From Nitrospirota bacterium (GTDB lineage Bacteria > Nitrospirota > Thermodesulfovibrionia > UBA6902), in NCBI GenBank assembly GCA_016213935.1, contig JACQZG010000007.1:2206-66205 (forward strand): a stretch of 64,000 bases of DNA, given 5' to 3'. Made by a program: the position numbers and the translations under genes. Positions 1 to 10,882 of this stretch are shown here, piece by piece. The number at the start of each line of letters is the position of its first letter. Position 1 is the first letter of the stretch. The notes under the pieces were generated by a model that made no database searches, was not told the origin of the DNA, and saw only the letters and a program-made list of their open reading frames with translations.

Positions 1-1504
1 ACGTAGGCAGGACCCCGAGCAAAAGGCATGAAAGCGCGGCCAATATCATGCCTGAGCGCATGAACCAGTCTGCCTCATGCACGCGTGGCATATGGCGGCC
101 TCGCCAATGCCCAAGAAAAGTCACGCCGAACGCCTTTACAAAGCATGCGGCGGCAAGGGCGGCTGAGAGAGCCAGAAGAGCCGCGCCGAGAGGGATGAGA
201 AGGCGCAGCAAAGGGCTCGGTAAAACCGGTGAAAGGAGAAATGCCTGAAAGGTGAGCCACTCTGAAACAAACCCGTTGAAGGGGGGCAACGCTGAGATAG
301 ATACGCAGCCTATTAGAAATAGCGGGGCCGTCCATTTCATGCGGTGAATAAGCCCGCCCATCTCCTCCATGTCGCGTTCCCCCGTAGCGTGAAGCACGGC
401 GCCCGCGCCCATAAAGAGAAGCCCCTTGAAGACCGCGTGGTTCATTGTGTGATAAAGCCCTGCTATGAGGCCGAGAGCGGCGAGCATCGGCATATTGAAT
501 GACGTGAAAATCATAGAGAGCCCTATGCCGACGAGTATGATGCCTATGTTCTCTACGGAATGATAGGCGAGGAGCCTCTTAAGGTCATGCTGCATTAAAG
601 CGTACAGCACGCCCATGACAGCGGAAATCAATCCGAATATAAGTACGAGCGCTCCCCACCACCACGGAAAACCTCCGAGCAGATCAAATGAGACACGCAC
701 TATCCCGTAAATAGCGGTCTTGAGCATCACGCCGCTCATCAAGGCGGACACGTTCGATGGAGCAACAGGGTGCGCCTCAGGAAGCCAGACATGCAGGGGG
801 ATGACCCCTGCCTTTGCGGCGAACCCGAAGAATGCTAAGAGGAATGCCGCTGTCGCCCATTTAAGAGGAACATCCGCCTCTCTCATAGCATCAAACGTGT
901 AGCCGCTGAAGCTCTCGAAACCGGTTGCAAGCCCGGCCATGATCCCGAATGACAAGAGTATTGCTATCGCGCCGACATGAGCAACGATGATATAGAGAAA
1001 CGCGGCCTTCCTGTTTTCAAGGTTCTCATCTTCAAACATTACGAGGAAGTATGAGGCCGCTGCCATCGCCTCCCATGAGATGAGAAAAAAGAGCGCGTCA
1101 TCCGCAATGACAACCATCATCATGCCGGCAAGGAAGAGAGAATAAAAGATAACGAGGTTTGTTACCGGCCTTTTTCCTAAATATCCTTTGACATAACCTA
1201 TCGAGTAGAGCGAAACAAAGAAAGAGAGCAGAGATATGACGGTAATGAAGAAGCCTGAGAGCGGATCAAGCCTCAGATGAAACGGAAGGTCAGGCAGGCC
1301 CAAAGGAATAATGAACTTGTTTGTGATTCCCGCGCCAACAGTCCATACGCCCCCGGCAATACCAAGGATTGATGCTGCGGAAAAGGCGAAGAACGATAAA
1401 TTTATCAGCAGGCGCTGACTGCTCTTCAAGAGAGGAATAAAGAGAATAAAAGAAAATAATATAACGATCGACGAAGCTGTCAGCCCGAGAGGCCCTATTC
1501 CCAA
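1..1504 (-). CDS. hyfB: Hydrogenase-4 subunit B-like antiporter-type membrane subunit (HyfB/NuoL family), 3' end outside window
   Basis: Not in the ORF track because its stop lies outside the window. Manual minus-strand translation from TTG at 1504 (GAGGG upstream) gives LGLPDLPFHLRLDPLSGFF, AGVIPLHVWLPEAHPVAPSNVSALMSGVMLK, DLKRLLAYHSVENIG and NHAVFKGLLFMGAG, typical Mrp/HyfB motifs. Confidence 0.85.
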   Translation of the reverse strand, partial: MGIGPLGLTASSIVILFSFILFIPLLKSSQRLLINLSFFAFSAASILGIAGGVWTVGAGITNKFIIPLGLPDLPFHLRLDPLSGFFITVISLLSFFVSLYSIGYVKGYLGKRPVTNLVIFYSLFLAGMMMVVIADDALFFLISWEAMAAASYFLVMFEDENLENRKAAFLYIIVAHVGAIAILLSFGIMAGLATGFESFSGYTFDAMREADVPLKWATAAFLLAFFGFAAKAGVIPLHVWLPEAHPVAPSNVSALMSGVMLKTAIYGIVRVSFDLLGGFPWWWGALVLIFGLISAVMGVLYALMQHDLKRLLAYHSVENIGIILVGIGLSMIFTSFNMPMLAALGLIAGLYHTMNHAVFKGLLFMGAGAVLHATGERDMEEMGGLIHRMKWTAPLFLIGCVSISALPPFNGFVSEWLTFQAFLLSPVLPSPLLRLLIPLGAALLALSAALAAACFVKAFGVTFLGHWRGRHMPRVHEADWFMRSGMILAALSCLLLGVLPT

Positions 1505-1755
1505 TTTGCTGCCCTCATTTCAAAAAACTCCTGAACTCCTTTGCGGCCTGAAGCAGGTATTAATTCCAATCTAACGGCCGGCTGACATGTGGTTTTTCTT
1601 TTTACGCCTGTCGGGCAACGTTATTATATCATAAAGATAAGGCTGCAAATAATCCGGCCGTTACCATTCAGGGTTTACACAATAATTTTCCGTGTGATAA
1701 TATAAGTGTTCAAAAATACATATCTATTTTAAAAATATTTATTCAGGAGAAGGGC

Positions 1756-2736
1756 TTGAAGATAGCTATCGGAATTGACATTGGCGGGACGAACATAAAG
1801 GCGGTTATAGTCTCGGAAGGCGGGGCGGTGCTCGCGAGCCGAAAATACCCGACACCCGCGGCGCCTAAAGACAAATCAAAAAACGCCGCCGAGAATTTTA
1901 CAGGCATAATAAAAAAATTCTTAAAGGAAGAATCGGTGGCGCCGCTTCTGAAAGATGAAGCCGGGGTCTCAAAGATCGTGGGCATAGGCATCGGAGTCGC
2001 CGGCCTTATAGACAGCAATAAAGGGGTTATCATCGAATCGCCTAACATTCCCGCGATCAACGGTCTAAACATCAAGGAAACATTCCAAAATGAGTTTTCA
2101 ATCCCGGTTACCGTTGACAACGACGCCAACACCTGCACTTACGGCGAAAGATGGGTTGGAGCGGGCAAGAATTTCAACAGCTTCATCGTCCTCACGCTCG
2201 GCACCGGCCTCGGAAGCGGCTACATATATAACGGCGAACTCTTCAGAGGCTCTTTTGAAACCGGCCATATGGTCATAGAGCCGAAAGGCCGGCTCTGCAC
2301 CTGCGGCAACCTCGGCTGTATAGAATCATACGCGTCGGGCAGGGCAATTCTCGAGAGCACGATAGCTTCTCTTGAAAAAGGGACAAAAAGCATGCTGACC
2401 GAATTCTGCGGCAGTAATTTTTACAAAATAACCCCCGAACTTATATACAAGACAGCCCTCGAAGGCGACAGCCTCTGCAGGGAGGTCTTCAGAGAGTTCG
2501 GCCACTATCTCGGGATAGGCATAGCAAACCTCATAAATCTCCTTAGCCCTGACGCGATAATAATAGGCGGCGGCCTTGTAGGCGCGTGGGAGCTCTTCAT
2601 CGAGGATCTTCGGCAGGAGGCCTCAAAGCTCGCCTTTGACCCTCTGTATTCCCGCGTCAAGATAGTTAAAAGCACTCTTACCGAGGAGTGCGGCTCCATA
2701 GGCGCCGCAGGGCTCATCTTCAAGGCAGCCGGTTAA
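1756..2736 (+). CDS. ROK-family sugar kinase (glucokinase-like)
   Basis: GIDIGGT, DNDAN, TLGTGLG and the [10 protein letters not shown] zinc motif. Confidence 0.9.
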   Translation: MKIAIGIDIGGTNIKAVIVSEGGAVLASRKYPTPAAPKDKSKNAAENFTGIIKKFLKEESVAPLLKDEAGVSKIVGIGIGVAGLIDSNKGVIIESPNIPAINGLNIKETFQNEFSIPVTVDNDANTCTYGERWVGAGKNFNSFIVLTLGTGLGSGYIYNGELFRGSFETGHMVIEPKGRLCTCGNLGCIESYASGRAILESTIASLEKGTKSMLTEFCGSNFYKITPELIYKTALEGDSLCREVFREFGHYLGIGIANLINLLSPDAIIIGGGLVGAWELFIEDLRQEASKLAFDPLYSRVKIVKSTLTEECGSIGAAGLIFKAAG

Positions 2737-2741
2737 TCTTC

Positions 2742-4532
2742 ATGCCTGCGGACAATATTCGAAATTTCTGCATCATTGCCCACATCGACCACGGCAAATC
2801 CACGCTCGCCGACCGAATACTGGAATACACTCACACGATATCGGAAAGGGATATGACAAAGCAGGTGCTCGACAGCATGGACCTCGAGAAGGAGCGCGGC
2901 ATAACCATAAAAGCAACCCCTGTGAGGATACAATACAGCGCCATTGACGGGAAAGATTATATATTGAACCTGATTGATACCCCGGGGCATGTAGACTTCG
3001 CTTACGAGGTCTCGCGCAGCCTCGCCTCATGCGAAGGGGCCATACTCGTCGTTGACGCGACGCAGGGAGTCGAGGCGCAAACCGTCGCGAACGCCTACCT
3101 TGCCGCAGACCACAAGCTCGAGATCATCCCCGTTATAAACAAGATAGACCTTCCCGGGGCAGACCCTGAAAGGGTGAAGGAGCAGATAGAAGAATCTCTC
3201 GGCATAGACTGTCAGGACGTGATACTCGCCTCTGCCAAAGAAGGCATCGGCACAAGGGACGTGCTGGAGGCGATAGTCAGAAAGACCCCCCATCCGGCAG
3301 GCAAGCCTGAGCTTCCGCTTAAAGCGCTGGTCTTTGATTCATGGTTTGACAACTACCAGGGGGTCATCGTGCTTGTCAGGATATTTGACGGCACAGTCAG
3401 AAAAGGGGTGAACATTAAATTCATGGCGACCGCAAAGTCCTTTGATGTGCTTGAGGTCGGAATATTCAGCCCTGGCATGAAGAGCTGCGATACGCTCAAA
3501 GCGGGAGAGGTCGGCTATATAATAGCGGGCATAAGAAATGTCGCTGACACAAGGGTCGGCGATACCATCACGGAAACGGAGAGGCCGGCTTCCGAGCCGT
3601 GCCCCGGATACAAAGAGATAAAACCGATGGTCTTTTCCGGCCTTTATCCGACGGAAACAAACCAGTATGAAGCCCTTAAGGAGGCGCTTGAAAAGCTTAA
3701 GCTCAATGATTCCTCATTTAATTATGAGCCGGAATCCTCAACAGCGCTCGGCTTCGGCTTCCGCTGCGGCTTTCTCGGCCTCCTCCACATGGATATCGTA
3801 AGGGAGAGGCTTGAGAGAGAATTTAACCTTGTGCTGATAAACACGGCGCCCACGGTCGTCTACAGGGTCACAAAGGCTGACGGCGAGGTTATCACCCTTG
3901 ACAGTCCCGCGAAACTGCCCGCCCAGTATGAAAAGATAGAGGAGCCTTTCGTAAAGACGGTTATCTTTGTGCCTTCAAAATACTTAGGGTCTATTTTCGA
4001 TCTCTGCCGGGAAAAGAGCGGGATACAGAAGGATTTCTCGTATATCGGCAAAGACAGGGTTATAGTGACTTACGAATTTCCGCTGAGCGAGATCCTCTGG
4101 GACTTCTATGACAAACTCAAGTCATCCTCAAGCGGCTACGCGTCCATGGATTACGAGTTTATCGGCTACAAAGAGTCAAAACTGATAAAGCTCGACATAC
4201 TCCTCAACGGCGAGGCGGTCGACGCTCTCTCGATGATAACAAGGAAAGATAAGGCTTACCAGAAAGGAAAACAGGTCGTAGAACAGCTCAGGGAGGTTAT
4301 CCCGAGGCAGATGTTCGAAGTGGTTATACAGGCGGCGATAGGAAGCAAGGTGATAGCGAGGGAAAGCATAAAGGCTCTGAAGAAGAATGTCATCGCAAAA
4401 TGCTACGGAGGCGACATCACAAGAAAGAGAAAGCTTATCGAGAAGCAGAAAGAAGGAAAGCGCCGCATGAAGCAGGTCGGCAGGGTCGAGATTCCTCAGG
4501 AAGCATTTTTATCCGTGCTTAAAGTAAAATAG
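2742..4532 (+). CDS. lepA: Elongation factor 4 (LepA)
   Basis: [41 protein letters not shown]. Start placed at ATG 2742 (MPADNIRNF). Confidence 0.97.
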   Translation: MPADNIRNFCIIAHIDHGKSTLADRILEYTHTISERDMTKQVLDSMDLEKERGITIKATPVRIQYSAIDGKDYILNLIDTPGHVDFAYEVSRSLASCEGAILVVDATQGVEAQTVANAYLAADHKLEIIPVINKIDLPGADPERVKEQIEESLGIDCQDVILASAKEGIGTRDVLEAIVRKTPHPAGKPELPLKALVFDSWFDNYQGVIVLVRIFDGTVRKGVNIKFMATAKSFDVLEVGIFSPGMKSCDTLKAGEVGYIIAGIRNVADTRVGDTITETERPASEPCPGYKEIKPMVFSGLYPTETNQYEALKEALEKLKLNDSSFNYEPESSTALGFGFRCGFLGLLHMDIVRERLEREFNLVLINTAPTVVYRVTKADGEVITLDSPAKLPAQYEKIEEPFVKTVIFVPSKYLGSIFDLCREKSGIQKDFSYIGKDRVIVTYEFPLSEILWDFYDKLKSSSSGYASMDYEFIGYKESKLIKLDILLNGEAVDALSMITRKDKAYQKGKQVVEQLREVIPRQMFEVVIQAAIGSKVIARESIKALKKNVIAKCYGGDITRKRKLIEKQKEGKRRMKQVGRVEIPQEAFLSVLKVK

Positions 4533-4548
4533 GTGAGCTTGCCGAAGG

Positions 4549-4603
4549 GTGGATTCTGAGCCTGCCCCGTACTTGATGCGGGGGTCAAGCCGGAGAACGA
4601 CAA
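4549..4603. repeat. Short intergenic palindromic (REP-like) element with nested hairpin insert
   Basis: GGATTCT...GGTCAAGCCGGAGAACGAC frame with an internal CCCCGTACTTGATGCGGGG hairpin, between lepA and lepB. Confidence 0.5.
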
Positions 4604-4617
4604 AACAGGTTAAGCGT

Positions 4618-5346
4618 TTGAAAAAAAAAGAGAGTAAGAACAAATCAAAACTGAGGGAATATGTTGAAGCGGTAATCATTGCCGTTGCCCTCGCCCTGAT
4701 AATAAGGGGGGTTGTTGTTCAGGCCTTCAAGATACCCTCAGGCTCAATGATTCCCACGCTCCTTATAGGAGACCATATCCTCGTAAATAAGTTCATATAC
4801 GGGCTCGAGGTTCCTTTCAGCGACAACCGGTTTCTCATCTTCAGGGCCCCAAAAAGAGGGGATATCATCGTCTTTTCATTCCCGGGCAATGAAAAGATAG
4901 AGGAATGCACAAGCATGGGAAATAATATCTCTTCACGGATAAGCAGGGCATGGAAGACGAATAACCCTATGCAGCTCTTCACAAGCGACTGCCGCGATTT
5001 CATCAAACGCGTGATAGCCGTTGGCGGCGATACTGTCGAGATAAAAGAGAAAGTTGTACATATTAACGGCCGGCCGCTTTCCGAGCCGTATAAGGTTCAC
5101 AGTGATTCCGGCGTGATGCCCGAGGATATGGGGGCAAGAGACAATTTCGGGCCTCTCAAAGTCCCTTATAACAAATTCTTCGTCATGGGCGATAACCGCG
5201 ACAACAGCCATGACAGCCGCTTCTGGGGCCTGGTCGGCATGGATGAGATAAAAGGCAGTGCCTTCATAATATACTGGTCATGGGACGACATGGGAGGTTT
5301 TTTAGAAAAAGTAAGGTGGGGCAGGATAGGCAAAATCCTTGATTAG
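4618..5346 (+). CDS. lepB: Signal peptidase I
   Basis: AFKIPSGSMIPTL, DFIKRVIA, GDNRDNSHDSRFWG; follows lepA. Start uncertain: TTG 4618 preferred because the longer ORF from 4549 translates the repeat. Confidence 0.93.
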   Translation: MKKKESKNKSKLREYVEAVIIAVALALIIRGVVVQAFKIPSGSMIPTLLIGDHILVNKFIYGLEVPFSDNRFLIFRAPKRGDIIVFSFPGNEKIEECTSMGNNISSRISRAWKTNNPMQLFTSDCRDFIKRVIAVGGDTVEIKEKVVHINGRPLSEPYKVHSDSGVMPEDMGARDNFGPLKVPYNKFFVMGDNRDNSHDSRFWGLVGMDEIKGSAFIIYWSWDDMGGFLEKVRWGRIGKILD

Positions 5347-5381
5347 CCTTCTGCCGCTTTTCACTAATAAAGGAGGATGCC

Positions 5382-5717
5382 ATGTTTAAAAAAATATTTG
5401 TGGCGGTTGTCGCTATATGCGCCTTTTATTCTTTCTACCTGACTTTCCTGCCTAATTATAACTACCATATGTTCAACAATGAACTTACCGAGACAATGAA
5501 GATAGTCCCACCTGTTGAAACGCCGAAAAACGTAATGAAGCGCATCATGAGGCTTGTGGAAGAATACGACATACCGGTTGCCGAAGAAGATATCGAACTC
5601 GAGCTTGTAAACAACAGTTATATTACAAGACTGAGCTGGGAAGAGACGGTCAACTACTTCCCCTTCTACATCCTTTATCAGAAGGTCTTTGAATATTCCA
5701 TTGACACGGGTAAATAA
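5382..5717 (+). CDS. Small membrane-anchored hypothetical protein (possibly DUF4845-like)
   Basis: Strong RBS (AAGGAGG), N-terminal hydrophobic helix, position after lepB. Confidence 0.6.
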   Translation: MFKKIFVAVVAICAFYSFYLTFLPNYNYHMFNNELTETMKIVPPVETPKNVMKRIMRLVEEYDIPVAEEDIELELVNNSYITRLSWEETVNYFPFYILYQKVFEYSIDTGK

Positions 5718-6352
5718 TGTTTACAGGGCTCATTGAGAGGCTGGGTAGCGTAACAGCTATAGAGAAGGCGTCCGGAGGGATAAGGCTCTCGGTAAGGCCT
5801 TTGTCAGAGATGAAGATCCGTATCGGCGACAGCATAGCAGTAAACGGAGTCTGCCTTACGGCCACGAATGACAAAGAGGTCATAACATTCGATGTCTCCC
5901 CGGAGACGATGAAAAGCACAAACCTCGGTGAGCTTAAGGCCGGGCAGAAGGTTAACCTTGAGCGCGCCCTCACTCTGTCGGACAGGCTCGGGGGGCATAT
6001 AGTGACGGGGCATGTCGACGCGGTCGGGAAGATAACCGAGAGAAGGCCTGAGAGCGATTACACTTATTATACTTTTGAAGCGCCTCCGGAAATATTAAGG
6101 TATATCGTCAAGAAAGGTTCAGTGGCGGTAGACGGCATCAGCCTTACGGTGACCGGATTTGACGGCAGATCCTTCAGTGTTGCCATAATACCCCACACCC
6201 TGACAGCCACGAATCTCGGCGCCAAAAACAGGGGCGACAGCGTTAATATCGAAACCGACATCCTCGGCAAGTATATTGAAAAGTTCGTCGGGAATACAGA
6301 GAATAAGAAGGGGCTTGAGGAGCTTCTCAAAGAAAAAGGATTTGCGGAGTAA
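5717..6352 (+). CDS. ribE: Riboflavin synthase (alpha chain)
   Basis: MFTGLIE start, [29 protein letters not shown]. Confidence 0.95.
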   Translation: MFTGLIERLGSVTAIEKASGGIRLSVRPLSEMKIRIGDSIAVNGVCLTATNDKEVITFDVSPETMKSTNLGELKAGQKVNLERALTLSDRLGGHIVTGHVDAVGKITERRPESDYTYYTFEAPPEILRYIVKKGSVAVDGISLTVTGFDGRSFSVAIIPHTLTATNLGAKNRGDSVNIETDILGKYIEKFVGNTENKKGLEELLKEKGFAE

Positions 6353-6365
6353 AAGGAATAACCCA

Positions 6366-7583
6366 ATGCAGAGCCAATACAAGTTCAACACCATCGAAGA
6401 CGCAATAAAAGATATCAGACAAGGGAAGATGGTCATCCTTGTCGATGACGAGGACAGGGAGAACGAGGGCGACCTGACGATAGCCGCAAGCAGGATAACC
6501 CCTCAGGCCGTAAACTTCATGGCCAAATACGGAAGAGGGCTCATATGCCTCTCGCTTACCCAGGAAAGGGTCGAGGAGCTTCGCCTTCCAATGATGTCGG
6601 AGTTCAACACATCACGTTTCGGCACCGCTTTCACCGTCTCCATCGAGGCAAAGAAGGGTGTTTCCACAGGCATATCGGCCGCAGACAGGGCTACGACAAT
6701 AAAGACAGCGATAAATCCAAAATCCGGGCCTGAAGATATATCAAGGCCGGGACATATATTCCCGTTAAAAGCGCAGCCGGGCGGCGTCCTTCAGCGCGCG
6801 GGCCAGACCGAAGGCTCGGTCGACCTTGCCAGGCTTGCCGGCCTCTGCCCTGCAGGAGTCATCTGCGAGATAATGAATGACGACGGCACAATGGCGAGGG
6901 TTCCCCAGCTCTCCAAGTTCGCGGTTAAGCACAAGCTCAAGATGGTCACGATAAAAGACCTGATAAAATACAGGATGAAGAATGAGAGCCTTGTAACAAG
7001 ACTCGCAACCGCAAAGGTGCCTACAAAATATGGCGGGGAGATGACAGCCATTGTCTTTGGCAATATTGTGGACAACTCCGAACATATCGCCCTTGTCAAA
7101 GGCAGGATTTCCCCTGATGACAATATCCTCGTGAGGGTCCATTCCGAGTGTCTCACTGGCGATGTCTTCAGTTCAAAGCGGTGCGACTGCGGAGGCCAGC
7201 TCCATAAGGCGATGACAATGATCAAGAACGAAGGCAAGGGGGTACTTCTCTATATGAGGCAGGAGGGGAGGGGCATCGGCCTTGCCAACAAGCTAAAGGC
7301 TTATGAACTTCAGGACCAGGGCCTTGACACTGTTGAGGCAAACATCAAGCTCGGTTTCAAGCCCGACCTCAGGGATTACGGCATAGGCGCTCAGATACTC
7401 GTCAATCTCGGCGTGAGGAAGATGCGGCTCGTAACCAACAACCCGAAAAAGATCATCGGGCTCGAAGGCTACGGCCTCAAGATAGTTGACAGGGTTCCCA
7501 TAGAGACCACGCCTCATAAAAAAAATATCAATTATCTTAAGGTAAAGAAGAAGAAGCTCGGGCATCTTCTGGAAAAGATCTGA
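6366..7583 (+). CDS. ribBA: Bifunctional DHBP synthase / GTP cyclohydrolase II
   Basis: [38 protein letters not shown]. Start placed at ATG 6366. Confidence 0.96.
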   Translation: MQSQYKFNTIEDAIKDIRQGKMVILVDDEDRENEGDLTIAASRITPQAVNFMAKYGRGLICLSLTQERVEELRLPMMSEFNTSRFGTAFTVSIEAKKGVSTGISAADRATTIKTAINPKSGPEDISRPGHIFPLKAQPGGVLQRAGQTEGSVDLARLAGLCPAGVICEIMNDDGTMARVPQLSKFAVKHKLKMVTIKDLIKYRMKNESLVTRLATAKVPTKYGGEMTAIVFGNIVDNSEHIALVKGRISPDDNILVRVHSECLTGDVFSSKRCDCGGQLHKAMTMIKNEGKGVLLYMRQEGRGIGLANKLKAYELQDQGLDTVEANIKLGFKPDLRDYGIGAQILVNLGVRKMRLVTNNPKKIIGLEGYGLKIVDRVPIETTPHKKNINYLKVKKKKLGHLLEKI

Positions 7584-7653
7584 AACCAATTAACAATTTT
7601 TAATGAGATGTTATCCATAACTATTCATTGTTCATTGAACTAAGGAGGATATC

Positions 7654-8115
7654 ATGAAAACTTTTGAGGGAGACCTTCAGGCAAAGGGGTTAAAGTTCGG
7701 CATAGTCGTAAGCCGTTTTAACGATTTTATAACCAAGAAGCTTCTCGATGGCGCACTCGACGCCCTCCTCAGGCACGGCGCGGCTGAAGACGGCATCGAT
7801 GTGGTCAAAGTGCCGGGTGCATTCGAGATACCGCTTGCGGCAAAGAAGCTTGCAGAGAAGAATAAATATAACGCCGTCATCTGTCTCGGCACGATAATAC
7901 GGGGGGCGACCCCGCATTTTGAATATGTCGCGTCAGAGGCGACAAAAGGCGTTGCCTCCGCATCGCTTGAGACCGGAGTTCCTATATCATTCGGCATACT
8001 CACGACAGACACCATTGAGCAGGCCGTTGAGAGAGCGGGCACAAAGAGCGGAAATAAGGGATGGGACGCCGCGCTTGTCGCCATAGAGATGGCGCAGCTC
8101 TTAAAGAAGCTATGA
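7654..8115 (+). CDS. ribH: 6,7-dimethyl-8-ribityllumazine synthase
   Basis: [32 protein letters not shown]. Confidence 0.97.
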   Translation: MKTFEGDLQAKGLKFGIVVSRFNDFITKKLLDGALDALLRHGAAEDGIDVVKVPGAFEIPLAAKKLAEKNKYNAVICLGTIIRGATPHFEYVASEATKGVASASLETGVPISFGILTTDTIEQAVERAGTKSGNKGWDAALVAIEMAQLLKKL

Positions 8116-8120
8116 ATCCG

Positions 8121-8185
8121 GCTTTCAGCCTTCAGCTTTCAGCAGAAAAAATGAACAACGGCTTTATCCTGACAGCTGACCGCTA
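8121..8185. repeat. Short heptamer tandem repeats in inverted arrangement
   Basis: GCTTTCA GCCTTCA GCTTTCA GC ... CTGACAG CTGACCG CT between ribH and nusB. Confidence 0.55.
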
Positions 8186-8199
8186 TATGCTATCTTTTT

Positions 8200-8622
8200 A
8201 TGAGTAGGCGCAGGGCGAGGGAGTATGCCCTCAAGCTCCTCTTTCAGGCCGAATTCACGGAGAACGGGCTTTCGGACGAAATATGGAAAAGCTTCTGGTC
8301 AGGCCATAACGCGGACGAAAAGCTTAAAGATTTCACCCGAGCCATTACCGAAGGCACACTTAAACACATAAAGCACCTCGATGAGATAATTACCAAAGCC
8401 GCGGATAATTGGTCTGTCGACAGGATGTCAGCCGTTGACAGAAACATCCTGAGGATTGCCGCATATGAACTCATCTACCGCGACGACATCCCGTATGCAG
8501 TCACGATTAACGAGGCTGTGGAGATCGCGAAAAAATATTCCGCGGAAGATTCCGCCTCCTTCATCAACGGCATCCTCGACAGGATATTCAAGCTCAAACC
8601 CAAAAAGAGCTTAGCATTTTAA
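8200..8622 (+). CDS. nusB: Transcription antitermination factor NusB
   Basis: RRRARE, DRNILR, INEAVEIAKKY, FINGILD; follows ribH. Confidence 0.96.
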   Translation: MSRRRAREYALKLLFQAEFTENGLSDEIWKSFWSGHNADEKLKDFTRAITEGTLKHIKHLDEIITKAADNWSVDRMSAVDRNILRIAAYELIYRDDIPYAVTINEAVEIAKKYSAEDSASFINGILDRIFKLKPKKSLAF

Positions 8623-8659
8623 CTGCTTCATCTTTCTCTTCCTGTCGTATAATTGATAT

Positions 8660-9385
8660 ATGAATTTAGCGTTCATCTCCGACGTGCACGGCAACATCGA
8701 GGCCCTCGGCTCCGTGATGGAGGAGATCAGAAAAGACAAGGCTGAAAAAATATTCTCTATCGGGGATATCGTGGGTTACGGCCCGAATCCCAATGAATGC
8801 ATCAACGCGCTGAAGGATGACGCTGATATCATTGTCGCGGGCAACCACGACTATGCCGCGGTGGGAATGACGGACATAACTGATTTCAATGATTACGCCA
8901 AAGCCGCCATACAATGGACAGAAAGCGTGCTGAGTGAAGAGAACAAGGCCTTTCTCAAAGAACTGCCTCTCTCATCCTCTATAAAGAAAAGCGGCATGCT
9001 CCTTGTCCACGCCTCGCCCAAAGACCCGCTTGAATGGGAATACGTGACAAACGCCGGCGAAGCCGACGCCAACTTCAGCTTCTTCTCGGAAAAGGCATGC
9101 TTCATCGGGCATACTCATACCCCGGCGATAATCGAGCTCTCTCCGGAAGGAAAGATTAATTTCTTCAGGAACGGCTCAGAGATAAAAGATGGACACAGGT
9201 ATATTATTGACGTGGGAAGCGTGGGCCAGCCGAGAGACGGAAACCCTGAAGCCGCTTACGCCCTGTACTCCGGCGGCGCGGTGGAGATAAAAAGGGTTCC
9301 GTATGATATATTATTAACGCAAAAAAAAATGAGGGAAGCGGGGCTGCCTTCGTATCTTATCGAGAGGCTTTCAGAAGGAAGATAA
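8660..9385 (+). CDS. Calcineurin-like metallophosphoesterase
   Basis: SDVHGN, GDIVGYG, GNHD, GHTH, GSVGQPRD. Confidence 0.9.
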   Translation: MNLAFISDVHGNIEALGSVMEEIRKDKAEKIFSIGDIVGYGPNPNECINALKDDADIIVAGNHDYAAVGMTDITDFNDYAKAAIQWTESVLSEENKAFLKELPLSSSIKKSGMLLVHASPKDPLEWEYVTNAGEADANFSFFSEKACFIGHTHTPAIIELSPEGKINFFRNGSEIKDGHRYIIDVGSVGQPRDGNPEAAYALYSGGAVEIKRVPYDILLTQKKMREAGLPSYLIERLSEGR

Positions 9386-9401
9386 ACACAGGGAGGAGAA
9401 T

Positions 9402-10694
9402 TTGATACCGCGTTATTCAAGGCCCGGGATGGCAAAAATATGGGAGCCGGAGAATAAATACCAAAAATGGCTCGATGTTGAGATAGCCGCGTGCGAGGCA
9501 TGGGTAAAAAGAGGCGCGATACCAAAAAAGAGCCTTGCTGTTATCAAGAAGCGGGCAAAGTTCAGCGTTGAGCGCATCGACAAAATAGAAGAGACGGTGA
9601 AGCACGACGTCATCGCCTTTCTCACGTCCGTAAATGAGAATGTCGGGCCCGATTCCCGTTATATTCACAAGGGATTGACGTCATCAGATATTCTTGATAC
9701 CGCGCTTGCGCTTCAGATGAGAGAAGCGGCGGATATAATTATCAGTGACATAAACGATCTTCTCGTTGTTCTGAAAAATAACGCGCTGAAACATAAAGAC
9801 ACTATCCAAATGGGCAGGAGCCATGGCATTCACGCCGAGCCTGTGACATTCGGCCTCACGTTCGCGATATGGCATGAAGAGATGAGGCGCAACCTTATCC
9901 GTATGAATGCCGCGAAAGAGACTATAAGCTATGGGAAGCTCTCCGGGCCTGTCGGCACCTTCTCAAACATCCCGCCTTCGATCGAGGCACATGTCTGTAA
10001 AAAGCTGAAGCTGAGACCCGCACCCGTCTCGACGCAGATAATACAGAGAGACAGGCATGCGGAGTATATGAATGCCCTCGCCCTCATCGCGGCCTCGATA
10101 GAGAAGATGGCTGTTGAGATAAGGCATCTTCAGAGGACAGAGGTGCTTGAGGCTGAAGAGCCCTTTTCAAAAGGGCAGAAAGGCTCGTCGGCAATGCCCC
10201 ATAAACGAAACCCTGTCGGCAGCGAAAACCTGAGCGGGCTTTCAAGGGTTGTTCGCGCAAACGCTGTAGCCGCTATGGAGAATATTCCTCTATGGCACGA
10301 GCGGGACATCAGCCATTCTTCTGTTGAGAGAATAATAATTCCCGACAGCACGATACTCGTCGACTACATGCTTGCGCGCCTGACCGGCATACTCAAAGGC
10401 CTCATCGTATACCCTGACAGGATGAGAGAGAACATTGACAAAAGCTTCGGCCTCTTCTTCTCCCAGAAGGTTATGCTCAGGCTCACTGAAAAGGGGCTCT
10501 CACGCGAAAAGGCATACGCGCTTGTGCAGAATAATGCTATGCGCAGCTGGAAAGAGAGAAAGGACTTTAAAAACCTCCTCAAAAAAGACGCCTTTGTCAA
10601 AGAGTATCTTTCGGATAAAGAGTTAGATAAGATATTCAGCCTGAAAGATTACACGAAAAATGTCGGACAGATATTCAAGAGGGTCTTTGGGTAG
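9402..10694 (+). CDS. purB: Adenylosuccinate lyase
   Basis: GSSAMPHKRNP signature, GRSHGIHAEP, WHERDISHSS. Confidence 0.97.
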   Translation: MIPRYSRPGMAKIWEPENKYQKWLDVEIAACEAWVKRGAIPKKSLAVIKKRAKFSVERIDKIEETVKHDVIAFLTSVNENVGPDSRYIHKGLTSSDILDTALALQMREAADIIISDINDLLVVLKNNALKHKDTIQMGRSHGIHAEPVTFGLTFAIWHEEMRRNLIRMNAAKETISYGKLSGPVGTFSNIPPSIEAHVCKKLKLRPAPVSTQIIQRDRHAEYMNALALIAASIEKMAVEIRHLQRTEVLEAEEPFSKGQKGSSAMPHKRNPVGSENLSGLSRVVRANAVAAMENIPLWHERDISHSSVERIIIPDSTILVDYMLARLTGILKGLIVYPDRMRENIDKSFGLFFSQKVMLRLTEKGLSREKAYALVQNNAMRSWKERKDFKNLLKKDAFVKEYLSDKELDKIFSLKDYTKNVGQIFKRVFG

Positions 10695-10723
10695 TTAATT
10701 ATTCCCTCTTTGACAAAGATGAG

Positions 10724-10882
10724 TTATCTGCCGGAGAGCGCGTTAAGAAACTCTTCCCACCATTTCAACTGGGTTTCCATAAAAAGCGGCCTTTCGGGCG
10801 CGGAGAAGTATATAAATGCCATCACCGCGGCGGCCAAAAGGCAGAGTATCGGGAAAATTTCTTTTTTAATATTGTCATTCAT
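10724..10882 (-). CDS. 52-aa single-TM micro-protein, last gene of the GT cluster
   Basis: Manual translation MNDNIKKEIFPILCLLAAAVMAFIYFSAPERPLFMETQLKWWEEFLNALSGR*. ATGA overlap with the upstream stop. Too short for the ORF track. Confidence 0.65.
   Translation of the reverse strand: MNDNIKKEIFPILCLLAAAVMAFIYFSAPERPLFMETQLKWWEEFLNALSGR

Noticed and set aside
48-902. Short ORFs 48-248, 75-335 and 720-902
   Set aside because: They are shadows of the hyfB-like minus-strand gene that the ORF track missed.
2688-2741. N-terminal extension of LepA (similar cases for RibBA 6276, LepB 4549, NamZ 30889, TsaB 33032)
   Set aside because: Longest-ORF starts overlap upstream genes or repeats; family-like sequence begins at the downstream starts.
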